This document shows positions 1-10,662 of a DNA stretch of 64,000 bases, piece after piece. The notes beneath the pieces were generated by a model that was not told the DNA's origin, did not search any database, and saw nothing but the letters and a program-made list of their open reading frames with translations. The translations under genes and the position numbers were made by a program. Numbering within the stretch: the first letter of the stretch is position 1; every line of letters starts with the position of its first letter. This DNA is from an uncultured Verrucomicrobiae bacterium. Its GTDB lineage: Bacteria > Verrucomicrobiota > Verrucomicrobiia > Chthoniobacterales > UBA10450. The DNA is taken from positions 896,001 to 960,000 of the forward strand of contig CAVWPA010000003.1 in the NCBI GenBank assembly GCA_963756875.1, read 5' to 3'.

Positions 1-1
1 T

Positions 2-845
2 AAACAACCCATCGCCGATTTGGTTGAAGCCATGCATCGGTATGCCGTGAGCCGGGTCATCTTCGCCGCCGGTCATAGCCAGTTGAATCGTGTCGAGCAG
101 GCCATCGGTGCGTGCGAAATCGAAGGTGTGCCTGCGTGGCTGGTCGCCGATTTTATTCAAACCTCGATCGCCAAACCCGACTTTGACGCGTTTGGCGGAA
201 GGCCAATGCTCGTTTTTCGATCGACCCCGGAAGTTTCATGGGCCTTGCTGATCAAGGGAATCATCGATCGGTACTGTCGCCGCCATTGCATTAGTACTCA
301 TGGCCATTCCGATGCTTGTCGTCGCGCTCGTCATCCGGATCACATCAAAAGGGCCGGTCATTTTCCGCCAACGTCGGGCCGGGCGATTTGGGAAACCGTT
401 CGTGATGTACAAATTCCGCTCGATGACTGACGACGCCGAGATGCGACGCGCGGAGCTCGAGCCGTTTAATCAGATGAGCGGCCCCGTCTTTAAAGTGGAA
501 GCCGACCCGCGCGTCACTCCAATCGGGCGCTGGCTGCGGCGAACGAGTTTCGACGAGTTGCCGCAACTGGTAAATGTGTTGATGGGCGACATGAGTCTGG
601 TCGGTCCGCGGCCGCTGCCGCTTTATGAAGTGGAAAAATTTGAAAACACGGCGCAGCGACGCCGCCTGAGCGTCAAACCTGGATTGACCTGTCTCTGGCA
701 AATCAGCGGACGGAATCAGGTCCGCGATTTTCGTGACTGGGTTAGACTGGATCTCGATTACATCGATCGCTGGTCGCTCGCGCTCGATTTCAAGATCCTG
801 GCGCGCACCGTTCCGGCGGTGATCATGGGATTGGGCGCCAAGTAG
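2..845 (+). CDS. Polyprenyl-phosphate sugar phosphotransferase (WcaJ/CpsE-like), 5'-partial, apparent +1 frameshift near 270
   Basis: ORF 300..845 carries the sugar-transferase motifs [28 protein letters not shown] and KPGLT. Removing one base at 269-272 joins it to the upstream frame ([20 protein letters not shown]). Confidence 0.9.
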
Positions 846-962
846 CGCGGCGTCGCACGCGGCGGCTCTGCCGGCGTACTATAATATATAGAGACATAGG
901 AATATGCGTCGTTTGCGTCGCATGGAGTACCCATGCGGAGTTGCGCCTCGTTGCGCATTGAG

Positions 963-1129
963 TCGGGGAGCGCACGCGCCCTCGCGTGCTCTCCTCGGCG
1001 CCCTCGCCGAGGAGTCCACATGAAAACGCAACGCGTTACTCTCCCATAGAGAATGCCGCTTCGCGGGTTGATTTGGGATGTTCGCGGCGAGGTGCCGCAA
1101 ACTGCACGCGGGGCGCGTGCGTTTCCCGA
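963..1129. repeat. REP-like inverted pair (GGGGAGCGCACGCG family)
   Basis: 963-1013 and 1080-1129 are imperfect inverted copies, each with internal hairpins. The same family recurs at 46081-46131 and 46727-46864. Confidence 0.8.
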
Positions 1130-1161
1130 AGCTTGTCGCCGCCGAAGTGGGCGCTCAGGCT

Positions 1162-1764
1162 TTATTCCTGCGGCGCGTACCGGGCGAGCATGCGCTCGAT
1201 GTATTTGGCCAGAATATCGAACTCGATATTCACCAAATCGCCCGATTGAGCGAGGTCGATGTTGGTGTGGTGTTTGGTGTGCGGGATGATCCAGACGGCG
1301 AGGCTGTCTGTTAACACCTCCGCGATGGTAAGGCTGATGCCGTTGATCGCAATCGATCCCTTGTAAGCCGCGTAATGCGCAAACTCGCCCGGCAATTCAA
1401 CTTCCAGCCGGTAATCCGCACCGCTGCGCTCGAAGGAAACGATGCGGGCGGTGCAATCGATGTGGCCCTGCACGAAATGTCCGCCCACCCGGCCGTTCAC
1501 GGGGAGCGCGCGCTCCAGGTTCACCCGGCTTTCGCGGCGCATGCTTTTCAGATTTGTGCGATCAAGCGTTTCGTCCAGAAGATCGAAAGTAAGCTGGCCG
1601 GAGCGGCGCGCGCTCACCGTCAGGCAGCAGCCATTGACAGCGATGCTATCCCCAGTGGCAATTTCGTCCGCCAGGCGCGGTGCGGCGATTTGCAACTGCG
1701 TTCCTCGCTCCGTCGCCCGAATCCAAAGCATCGTGCCCACTTCCTCGATCAAGCCGGTAAACAT
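1162..1764 (-). CDS. ribE: Riboflavin synthase (alpha chain)
   Basis: Starts MFTGLIEE; contains GDSIAVNGCCLTV, VNLERAL, GGHFVQGHID and KGSIAINGISLT. Confidence 0.96.
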   Translation of the reverse strand: MFTGLIEEVGTMLWIRATERGTQLQIAAPRLADEIATGDSIAVNGCCLTVSARRSGQLTFDLLDETLDRTNLKSMRRESRVNLERALPVNGRVGGHFVQGHIDCTARIVSFERSGADYRLEVELPGEFAHYAAYKGSIAINGISLTIAEVLTDSLAVWIIPHTKHHTNIDLAQSGDLVNIEFDILAKYIERMLARYAPQE

Positions 1765-1827
1765 CGCGCAATTTTTTCGTAAGGTGCCGGAAGTTGGCAA
1801 CTCAAATCTCGGGTCGTGCTCCGGACC

Positions 1828-1901
1828 GGTAGTGTTGGCCAATTGTCAGTTGCATGACTTGCCCTTTAGTTTTCTCCGAACTGACAATCAGCGAATCCTC
1901 C
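1828..1901. mobile_element. MITE-like element (GGTAGTGTT...ATTGTCAGTT family)
   Basis: Internal inverted repeat ATTGTCAGTT/AACTGACAAT; CTCCGGAC repeated at 1819 and 1898; both ends match the element at 30446-30583 in the opposite orientation. Confidence 0.55.
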
Positions 1902-1924
1902 GGACATGGCCAATTTGGCGTGAA

Positions 1925-2043
1925 AACCCAAATCCCAAGCTCCAATACCCAGAGAAGCTCCAACCTCAAAGCAATGTGGGGTGTTCCCGTTTGGATTTGG
2001 TGATTGGAGTTTCCTTGGAGTTTGGGTATTGGAATTTGGGATT
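1925..2043. repeat. Long imperfect hairpin built from ~7-nt units (AAATCCC/GGGATTT type)
   Basis: AAATCCCAAGCTCCAATACCC... is complementary to ...GGGTATTGGAATTTGGGATT. Confidence 0.7.
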
Positions 2044-2076
2044 CAGGGGATTTAGAAATCGCGCTTGATCTGCGTT

Positions 2077-3368
2077 ATGCCGCTCATCTTCACCGCAGTT
2101 GCCTTCGGCCCGCGTGATCCGGCCCTTTTCGGCGTCCCGTTGGATTTTATTCTGTTCGCGCTCGTTTTGGCCGGCGTAGCGCTCTTTCACCGTCATACCC
2201 TGGGGGTCGCGCTCGTCGGCCTGGCAACGGTTTCAATCTATAAAATTGCCTTCACCCGGTTCGACACCGGCCCGGGTGTGCCAGGATTTTTGTTTCACGT
2301 CGCTCACGAGTGGGTCGTTCTCGCGAACCTGCTTTGCCTTCTGGTGGGGTTCGCGGTGTTGTCGCGCCATTTCGAAAAAAGCCACGTCCCTGTGATATTA
2401 CCTAAATACCTCCCTCACGATTGGAGAGGAGGCTTCATTTTGCTGGTGCTGGTCTGGATTCTTTCCAGCTTTCTCGACAATATCGCCGGGGCGCTGATCG
2501 GTGGCGCGATGGCGCATCAGCTCTTCCGGGCCAAGGTCCATATCGGCTTTCTTGCGGCGATCGTCGCCGCATCCAACGCGGGTGGCAGTTGGAGCGTCCT
2601 GGGCGACACCACCACAACGATGATGTGGATCGCCGGGATCGCGCCGATGAAAGTAATCGGAGCGATCATACCCGCGGCGGTCGCTTTGTTTATTTTTGGC
2701 ATTCCGGCGGCCATCCAGCAACACAGGTATTCACCAATTCTGGAGCGCACGCACGAACACACGCATGTCGATTGGGTACGTCTCGGAATCGTCGGATTGA
2801 TTCTGGTCCTCGCGCTGCTGACCAACGTGACAGTGAACATGAAGTTCGCTCAGCACGCGGAAAGCTTTCCTTTTATTGGAGTGGCCGTGTGGGTGGCGAT
2901 CCTGCTTTCGGTTGGGATGCGTCGCCCCGATTGGGAAACGCTGCCGGGAGCATTCAGGGGTTCCGTTTTTCTGCTCTCGCTTGTCCTGATCGCATCGATG
3001 ATGCCCGTAGAAAAATTGCCGCAGGCATCCTGGCAGACGGCGCTCGGTCTTGGCTTTCTCTCCGCTGTGTTCGACAACATTCCGCTGACCGCGCTGGCGA
3101 TCAAACAGGGTGGATACGACTGGGGCTTTCTGGCCTATACCGTCGGGTTTGGCGGATCGATGATCTGGTTCGGTTCGTCGTCCGGGGTGGCCATCTCGAA
3201 TATGTACCCGAAGTCAGGTCCGTCGGGCAATGGTTGCGGCACGGCTGGTACATTGTGATCGCGTACATGATCGGTTTTTTCGTCATGTTCGGTGTATGGA
3301 AATGGCACCCGGATATTCCACATAAGCGGGGCGGCGATCCCGAGCGGACCGTGCAGCTCGCGTTATAA
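2077..3368 (+). CDS. Ion-transporter superfamily permease (NhaD/CitMHS/ArsB-like), apparent 1-nt deletion near 3208
   Basis: Many TM segments with LSSFLDNI, SNAGGSWSVLGDTTTTMMW, SAVFDNIPL and GGSMIWFGSSSGVA. Adding one base gives MYPEVRSVGQWLRHGW and a final TM helix ending at TAA 3368. Confidence 0.85.
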
Positions 3369-3601
3369 TCGGCGCCCGAATTTCAAACGAGCAGTCGTCG
3401 CCATTTTCACTCCGGGCGACTTTGGCCTAACGAATCAGGAGGATTTTCCAAAGCTGGAAATGTTCCTGTTTAATTACGCGCCCGAAAGCGGGCAAAAACG
3501 GCCCCAAAAATTCTTTAATTTTTTTCTAGGCAGCCGCAGGGAAATCCGATAGAACGGCAAAAAACGGGATTGGCGGGCGACAGTTGGTCCGGCGGCCCCG
3601 T

Positions 3602-3662
3602 TCAAAAAAAGCTTAAAAAAGTGAAAAAAAACCTTGCCAGCGTGCAGATTCTTCAATAATGC
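3602..3662 (+). promoter_or_regulatory. Putative promoter with phased A-tracts upstream of the TonB-dependent receptor
   Basis: Three A6-A8 tracts about 10 bp apart, then TTGCCA and an AATAAT -10-like box (spacing imperfect). Confidence 0.35.
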
Positions 3663-3683
3663 CTAGCGCAACCTAACCAAACC

Positions 3684-6600
3684 ATGGAGAAACCAATGAC
3701 TAGAAACGTACCTAACAAACTGGGATTGCTTCGCGCCGCTTTCGTAGCCGGTGTCGGGCTGCCTCTGATCATCGCCACGAGCGTCCGCGCGCAAAACCTA
3801 GCGCCTGCGGAGCAAAATGAGCCTCGGCCGGCGGAAGCGACAGCCGAGCGCGTTATCGTGACCGGGTCCAACATTCCGACGGCGGAAGAAGTTGGTGCAA
3901 ACCCGGTTCTCACGTTGAACCACGACGTCATCAAAAAGGCGGGCGTGCGCACCACGGAAGAACTTCTGCAGCGGCAACCGGTCATCAACGCCAACCAGAT
4001 CCCGGTGCAAAATAACGGAACCAGCCAGTCCGGTCCGTCCGGCACCAGTTCGATCGCCCTTCGCGGGCTTGACGTTCAGGCCACTCTCGTTCTGGTCGAT
4101 GGCAAGCGCGTCGCGCCCTATCCGGGTGCCTCGTTCGTGGATTTAAATAATATTCCGCAGCCGTTCATCGGCAGCATCGAAATTCTGAAACAGGGCGCTT
4201 CCGCCGTGTACGGAGCCGATGCGGTAGCCGGCGTCGTGAACATTAAGTTGAATAAGGATTTTCGCGGCGTCCAGGCGACGGTCGAGTACGGCAATGTGAT
4301 GGATAAGAATGCCGCCCGCTACCTGGGCGACGTTCTCTTTGGTGTTGGCGACGACAAAACTTCGATCACCGGCGATATCTTCTACTATCACCACAATTCG
4401 ACGTTCAATGGTGACTACGGCAACTCCGCAGTCCCGCCGTTCCTGAGTTCCAACGCCAGCCCGTGGAACGTCCAGGTAACCCGTGCCGCGGTACTGTCCA
4501 ACCCTACAAATGGGTTCGGGGCACAGGATCCGTTTCCCAATATAAATCACACCGACAATCCCACGCTCTTCGACAACTTGTCGGTAGCACGGTTACCACT
4601 ATTACCTGAATGCGGCCGGTCTGACGGCGATCGGCAACACGGATAACAGCTCAACCGGAAGAGACAACGCCACCAACATGGCCATGATCGATAGCATTCA
4701 TAAGCTGAATGTCGTGAGTTCGGGCGGCGTCTTCCTGGGGCTCACGCCGAACAACACGTTCTTTACGTCCAACCCGAGGAATTATCAGGATGCCCCCGGC
4801 AGCGCTTCAAATTGGCACTATGGCCAGGGACGTCTGCACGCTTTTAACTTCAACAAGTTCTCCAGTTCGTTCCCCGAGCAGGAGCGCTGGGGCGGTTACG
4901 CATCATTCATCCATAAGGTTTGCGACGATCAGGTGCAGGTCTATGGCGACTTCATGTATGACGACTCAAAGACGCATGATGAGTTGGCGCCAATTGCCAC
5001 CGGCTCGTTCCAAACAACCGGCAACCCGGTGATCGCCGTCCCGCCTCACATGGACTTGAACGGCATGGTTGGCGGCCCCGGAATGGAGTATGCCGGCACG
5101 CCGACCTACGCCGCGACCGGCGTGGACAACCATGCCTATAACCCGTTCAATCCGTTTAACCAGATTCTGTCCGGCGGCACCCGGGCCCGTATCTTCGACT
5201 TCGGCAACCGACTCATCGATAACGAAGCGTATGCCTGGCTGACCACTCTGGGTGTTAAAGGCGACAAGCTGTTTGATGGAAACTGGGGTTACGACTCCTT
5301 CTTCCGTTACAGCCAGACCGACTTGGTTTCCCGGATCGTGACGGCCGCGGGCACCCGGTTCGCCGAGATCATGAATGCGAACAGTCCGATCTTCGACCCG
5401 GCTTCGAGCCAGTATATCGGGACGACTGTTCCGTACGATCCGTTCTACCACTACCTCGGCCAGGAGCCGCCAACCAACCGTTACTCCGTCAATTACGCCC
5501 GAGCGAATGTTCGCGACCTGTCGAAATCCTCGGTTGCGCAGGCCGGTGTGAATATCTATACGGTAGACCTGTTTGATCTGCCGGCAGGCGGGGTCGGCTT
5601 TGCCGTCGGCGGTGACTGGCGCCGGGAGGAATACAAGTTCAACCCCGACGATCAAGACAGACTTGGGAACCAGCTTGGTGTCGGCATAGCTCCGTATGCC
5701 GCGGGCGGTCGCAAGACTTATGCGTTCTATGCGGAAACGACGATCCCAATCTTCAGCCCGACGATGGGCGTTTGGGGATTGCACTCTCTGGAGTTCGATG
5801 CCGCTGGCCGGTTTGAGGACTTCAGGAATAACAGCACCAACGTGTTGGTTCCGAGAGTGTCCTTGCGCTGGCAGCCGTTTGACGAGGAACTGACCCTCCG
5901 CGCCTCGTGGGGTGAAGGCTTCCTCGAGCCGTCGCTCAGCGAGCTCTATAATCCGCCGTTTTTCACTCTGGCGCCGACCGTCTATCACGGCCACGCGGAG
6001 CCGGAAACAACGTACGAAGTCACTACGAACAAAAACCTGAAACCGGGAGATTCCCGCGACTTCACTGCCGGGTTTGTCTACACCCCGAAGTGGATGCCAC
6101 AAGGGCAAACGTTGACCGTCGGAGCAGATTTCTGGGACATTGAGCGCAGCGGTGTTGTTACCCAACCCAGCGCTGCGGAAGTGGTGCAGCGTTTTATACA
6201 TAATAACCTGCTTCCCGGCGAAGTCGTCCAGATCGACCCGGTTAGTGATAGCGTGAACTTTGTGAAATCCGGTTTCCTCAACGCGGGGAAACAGAAGGCG
6301 CGTGGCGTCGATCTCACGCTGCTTTACCAATACCAGACACCCAACTGGGGAACCTTCACCTGGACGTCCCAGGCGACCTACCTTGACTCGTTCATCTTCC
6401 AGTTGGATACGACAACGAGGCCACACGAAGTCAGCGGGCGTGCCAACAACGATCCGTTTGAGGGCGCGTTCTTCGGCGCGGCGACCGCCGGCGACGGCTG
6501 GTTGAAGTGGAAAGGCGCATCGACGCTCGACTGGTCGTGGCACAACTTCGACTTCGCCTTTACCGAGCACTATTGGGACGGGTTTAAGGAGGAGTGGTAC

Positions 6601-6990
6601 CCCGCGGCGTTGCGTGGAAAGTTTTTCTTCAACCCGGCTTACCCGGAGCGTGACCATTACGTGAGCCAGCGTTGGTTCTCCGATATCGACACTTCTTACA
6701 CTCTACTCTTCACGCCTCCTGTGGAGTCGCAGCCGGTGGCCGGCTACTCGAAGGGCGGCAAGGAAATGATGACGGGCAAGGACAAGCAGGTCGAAACGGC
6801 CGCTTATGAAATGCCATGCTGGAAAACCATCCTGAACAACACGACGCTGACGTTCGGTGTGACCAACCTGTTTGGCCAAGACCCGCCGCAGATGTACGGG
6901 ACCTTGTATTCCAACTCCGACAACTATCCGGGCTCCCTGTACGACAACCTGGGACGCTTCTACTACATCCGGTTAACAAAGAAGTTCTAG
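3684..6990 (+). CDS. TonB-dependent receptor, apparent +1 frameshift shortly after 4585
   Basis: Signal peptide, VIVTGSNIP TonB-box region, plug motifs (LRGL, TLVLVDGKR, IEILKQGASAVYGADAVAGVVNI) in 3684..4646. Barrel strands and the C-terminal Phe (IRLTKKF) are in 4678..6990, a frame that is open back to 4588. Confidence 0.93.
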
Positions 6991-7016
6991 GCGTCGCAAA
7001 CGTTAGGTAATAATTC

Positions 7017-7055
7017 AAGAGGCAGCCTCGCTTTCGGGGCTGCCTCTTTGCTTTT
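7017..7055 (+). terminator. Rho-independent terminator
   Basis: AAGAGGCAGCCTCG-CTTT-CGGGGCTGCCTCTT followed by TGCTTTT, just after the receptor stop codon. Confidence 0.85.
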
Positions 7056-7065
7056 GTGATCTCTG

Positions 7066-7281
7066 CTGGTGGGGCGAGACTCTGTCGAGCCGACGAATAA
7101 ACTCAGGTCTGAATTTTCCTGGCCAGCGACGCTGTTCGGAATGACCGGGGTTTTCAACGAGGCTGCTTGGAATTTGAAGCTCTGTTTTTCGTTTTTCAGA
7201 CCCAGGGTAGGATTTTGTCGGCTCGACAGAGTTTACCCGCCGCAGGCGGCGCCAAAGGCGACCAGGGTCTCGTCCCACCAG
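7066..7281. repeat. REP-like inverted repeats (GTGGGGCGAGACTCTGTCGAGCC family)
   Basis: CTCTGTCGAGCCGAC is inverted at 7217-7231, and CTGGTGGGGCGAGAC is inverted at 7267-7281. Confidence 0.7.
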
Positions 7282-7366
7282 CGTGAGTTCGAAATCTTCT
7301 CCGAAACTCCGGGCGATCGTCATGGTTGAATCTTTGACGGTCAAAAACTGAGAGGTAACTTTTAAT

Positions 7367-7669
7367 ATGAAAACATCAAAGGCGGTAAAGATTGTGTCCT
7401 TGCTGTTAAGTGGAGCGTTCTTGGCGACCCCAATGTTTGGCGGGCAACCCAAGGACAAATCGTCCAAGAACAAAGACAAGGACCAGTATGAATATGTCTT
7501 TGTCACTGGATCGAGCATCCCTCGGAAGGTGAAGATTAAGTCTGTCGGGAACGCGATTTCGAACCTGCGCGTCTACAACCGAAAAGAGATCGATCAAACC
7601 GGCCGAGCGACAACGGCAGGCGTTCTGGCCCAGGACCCGTCCGTTACGGTGAGGGGCCCCAAGGGCTAA
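7367..7669 (+). CDS. Small secreted protein resembling an isolated TonB box plus the start of a plug domain
   Basis: GAGGT RBS, signal peptide, Lys-rich linker, then VFVTGSSIP...VYNRKEIDQTGRATTAGVLAQDPSV, which aligns with the N-terminus of the upstream receptor. Confidence 0.8.
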   Translation: MKTSKAVKIVSLLLSGAFLATPMFGGQPKDKSSKNKDKDQYEYVFVTGSSIPRKVKIKSVGNAISNLRVYNRKEIDQTGRATTAGVLAQDPSVTVRGPKG

Positions 7670-7684
7670 GTTTAGAAGAGAGTG

Positions 7685-7808
7685 AGCACTGTTGAAAAGC
7701 TTAGCCGGAGCGGGATTCCTGTGGTGGCAGCCGTGCCGGCTGCGTTACGTTTTGCAGGCGACACGCCTGCCTCTACAGAGTTACGATAAGAGGCTTTTCA
7801 ACAGTGCT
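7685..7808. mobile_element. 124-bp MITE with 16-bp TIRs and a 9-bp target-site duplication
   Basis: Perfect TIR AGCACTGTTGAAAAGC (7685-7700 / 7793-7808); flanking direct repeat AAGAGAGTG (7676-7684 / 7809-7817); contains a REP pair at 7720-7777. Confidence 0.88.
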
Positions 7809-8461
7809 AAGAGAGTGCAAGCATGCTCTGGCATGCGCGGAGCACAGCTTGAGCTGCCGGCCTGCAAGCGCCTATAGCGGACGCTGGCTGGGAGTCTGGA
7901 AGACCCAAAATACCGGGATTTGCCGTAAACGCAGTTTGGCTGTGGGAAGCGGCACCCGAGGGGATGTCCAAGGTCTCAGGGATAACGTCCGGATCGCGGC
8001 CTGAAGGATCAGTTTTACGCCGATGCACGTGGGCCGGCAGGATTGACAAAATCCTGGCCCAGATTGTATTCAGCTTCCGGGCGCGATTGATGGCCCTGAT
8101 GACGCTTTGGGCTCGATGGGCTCGACGAAAGGGTCGCCCCCTCCTGGGGCCGAGCGCGGCGGGCTTTGCACCGCCATAGAGGGAGCCTAAAGCGGGGGTT
8201 GTAGGGCATGTCGGGCGACATGGGATGCCTCGGGCAATCAAAGTCCACAGGTTGCATTCACTCTAGGAAGTCGGCATTTACAGCACGCCAGATCTGCTCC
8301 ATGCCGGGCTGATCTAATCACCGAGGGAAGAGGCTTAGAACCCTGGGCGCATCCTTCCTTGGCACCTTCTCTTGCCGAGGCGCTGGAAACCCGTCCGGCT
8401 GGGGAGTTTGTGCGCGATATAAGGGCTGGCACAGGCTGTGCTTATAATCATCATAACCACC

Positions 8462-9100
8462 ATGATTATTATAAGCCTTCTTCCCTTTACCGCGCGCAAA
8501 GCTTTCTGCCTGGCCGGCGCTATCCTGGTCCTTTGCTCGGTCTCTTCCTTCGCCAGACCGGTGTTCGTCAATGTCGATAAGACTCCTTATGACCGGCAAA
8601 TGACCCGAATCCGCCCTGTCCTGCTTTCCCGCCACACCGGCGGACACGAAGGCGTCTCGCTGGCCATCGTGAATAACTGGATTTGGAATCTGCGCGCGAT
8701 CCCATACGGGTTTTGCCCACAATGGAAGACCCCGGCCGAAGTGGAATCCGGAAGCATGGCCGATTGCAAAGGCAAAGCGGTCGCCCTTTATGACATCATG
8801 CGCTCGCACGGCGCGCAAAACGTCCGGCTGGTTATCGGGAAGCGCTCCTGGATGAGCCGAAAAACGCACGCCTGGTTGGAATGGACGACCCCTAATGGTA
8901 CATATGTGCTCGATCCGACGATCAACTGGACCGCAGCGCGCGTCTCCCGGTTCGGCAGCAGCTTTTACATTCCGTTCTACGCGTACGCTGGGAACCACAA
9001 ATACCGCGCTGCCAGTTCGACCATGTTCGCCAAGGCCGAGACAACGACAAGGCGCCATCACAATCTCTGGGCGGTCAACTCCGCTCCTGCTGCTCATTAA
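8462..9100 (+). CDS. Secreted transglutaminase-like cysteine protease (BTLCP/LapG-like)
   Basis: Signal peptide; WKTP, ADCKGKA (Cys), THAWL (His) and YVLDPT (Asp) form the triad pattern. Confidence 0.8.
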   Translation: MIIISLLPFTARKAFCLAGAILVLCSVSSFARPVFVNVDKTPYDRQMTRIRPVLLSRHTGGHEGVSLAIVNNWIWNLRAIPYGFCPQWKTPAEVESGSMADCKGKAVALYDIMRSHGAQNVRLVIGKRSWMSRKTHAWLEWTTPNGTYVLDPTINWTAARVSRFGSSFYIPFYAYAGNHKYRAASSTMFAKAETTTRRHHNLWAVNSAPAAH

Positions 9101-9230
9101 GATCGGTGGTTGTAGACGTTTCGCTTTGCGAAACGCGGCGCTGAAATGGTTAAGCGGCCAGGCGCCGCGCCGCCCCGGGAGGCCGGCATCCGGTCCCGGA
9201 AAAAAGTTCGGGTTGCATAAAAAATTTGTA

Positions 9231-9259
9231 TTGCAAAGAGCGAGGCAGGGCGCTATCAT
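9231..9259 (+). promoter_or_regulatory. Sigma70-type promoter
   Basis: TTGCAA-17 bp-TATCAT with an A-rich upstream segment, 13 nt before ATG 9273. Confidence 0.6.
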
Positions 9260-9272
9260 CGTTTTTGTATCT

Positions 9273-10595
9273 ATGGAAATTATGAGCGCACATCCTTCTC
9301 GTTTTGCCCGTGTCACAGGCCTCGTTTCTTGCATCGTTCTCGCCCATGTTTCAGGAGCGATTGCCGCGGAACTGGTTTTGCAAAAAGTCCCGCCGCTCAC
9401 GGTCGAGCAGGTGCCGGGTTATCCGCAAAATCTCGCGCGTTATCATTTCGGCGCGCAAGTAGAAGCGTTGCCGGAAAGTAATCCGATCGCCAGCTTGCAG
9501 CTGAGCTCGAATTCGGAAGACCATAACGTTGCCGAGGCGGCATTGCTGTGCGACGACCCTACGACCGGGTATGCCCTGTCCAATGGCAAGACCACTTTGC
9601 TTATCTCGCTTTCCAAGATCGAAAACATCGACAGCGTCTCGTTCCTGAACAACGGAGCGAAAGGTCAAGTGACCATTGCGGTTTCCAGCGCAAATTTGCC
9701 TGCCAGCAGCGCGCAGTGGCGGAAGGTCGCAAAGCAAGAGCTCAGCGGTGATGTCGTGAAAGCAGAGATCGGCCCGACCGACGCAAAATACGTCAAACTC
9801 ACTTTTAATGTGAGCGCGTCTGGTCGCATTGCCAGCCTGGGCGTCTATTCGCCGCCGGCTGTTTCGGATTTCACGGCGCCACGTACACGCGAACCGATTT
9901 CAGATCAGCCGGGAAATGTTCAGCTGGTGAGTTACAACCTGACGGACGTCCATGCGAAGGCGCGAGCGCTTTACGTCAGCTCGGGTAGCGATCTGGCAAA
10001 GGCAAACAGCATGATTGATGAGCAACCGGCCACCGCTTACAGCTTTGCCGCGAGCGACGCAGCCCCAACCGCTGTAATCGATCTCGGGAAGGAAATGTCA
10101 GTGCGCCGTATTTCCGCAATTTACTCGCCGCGACAAGGCATGATGGATTTCTATGTGCTTCAAAATCTGCCGGCCGCGCAACCGGACCGGGCATCGCCAA
10201 AGTCTCTGCGCTTGAGCGCGAGCACGCTGGCCGATATGAGACCGGTCGGTTCGGTCGCAGACAACGGGACCGGCCGCGCCGCGATCGATTTCCCATCTGT
10301 TACCGGCCGTTACATTCTGGTGAAATGGACTCCAGCGACGGCGCGAGACGCTTCTTTCGCCATCGCCGAGATCGCTGCCTTTAGCGGCAGCGCCAGGCAA
10401 GGCAGCCTGACGATGGCAGCCAATTCCGTCAGCAACGCCGGTGTCGAGTCGGACGGAAAAGATGTGAAAGATTTCGGTTCAGGCAAAGACGCGAAAGAAA
10501 TGCCTGAAGAAGGCCCGGCCGAAGGTCCTCCTCCAACATTGCCCGATCCGCCTCCATTCGTGTTCGTGCCGGAGATCGTTCCGACCAGTCCCTAA
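9273..10595 (+). CDS. Secreted protein with two discoidin (F5/8C, CBM32-like) domains and a GKxxK/Pro-rich tail
   Basis: Signal peptide; two repeats of NL..., D-x-x-T-x-Y, I(S/D)L, (K/R)Y(V/I) and IAxL/IAEI; tail DGKDVKDFGSGKDAKE-PPP. Confidence 0.7.
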   Translation: MEIMSAHPSRFARVTGLVSCIVLAHVSGAIAAELVLQKVPPLTVEQVPGYPQNLARYHFGAQVEALPESNPIASLQLSSNSEDHNVAEAALLCDDPTTGYALSNGKTTLLISLSKIENIDSVSFLNNGAKGQVTIAVSSANLPASSAQWRKVAKQELSGDVVKAEIGPTDAKYVKLTFNVSASGRIASLGVYSPPAVSDFTAPRTREPISDQPGNVQLVSYNLTDVHAKARALYVSSGSDLAKANSMIDEQPATAYSFAASDAAPTAVIDLGKEMSVRRISAIYSPRQGMMDFYVLQNLPAAQPDRASPKSLRLSASTLADMRPVGSVADNGTGRAAIDFPSVTGRYILVKWTPATARDASFAIAEIAAFSGSARQGSLTMAANSVSNAGVESDGKDVKDFGSGKDAKEMPEEGPAEGPPPTLPDPPPFVFVPEIVPTSP

Positions 10596-10609
10596 CGAAT
10601 TACCCGTAG

Positions 10610-10655
10610 AAAAGAGCCCGTCCTTCGGAAAGACCGTTGGACGGGCTTTTGCTTT
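10610..10655. terminator. Probable bidirectional terminator
   Basis: AAAAGAGCCCGTCC...GGACGGGCTTTT between convergent genes. Confidence 0.7.
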
Positions 10656-10662
10656 CCAATGG

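Noticed and set aside
1765..2060. FMN riboswitch upstream of ribE
   Set aside because: No RFN consensus seen; the region is explained by repeat elements.
3370..3683. Cobalamin or TPP riboswitch before the receptor
   Set aside because: No conserved cores recognised; mostly A/T tracts.
4560..4680. Genuinely split plug/barrel receptor or programmed frameshift
   Set aside because: A single-base change rejoins the frames, ORF 2 has no signal peptide, there is no slippery sequence, and similar indels hit housekeeping genes.
4966..6657. 563-aa minus-strand ORF and similar long antisense ORFs
   Set aside because: Shadows of well-supported genes in GC-rich DNA; no recognisable motifs.
7807..8430. 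144-aa minus ORF or a structured RNA
   Set aside because: Some protein-like stretches and hairpins, but no motif, clear start or RNA consensus; left uncalled pending BLAST/Rfam.
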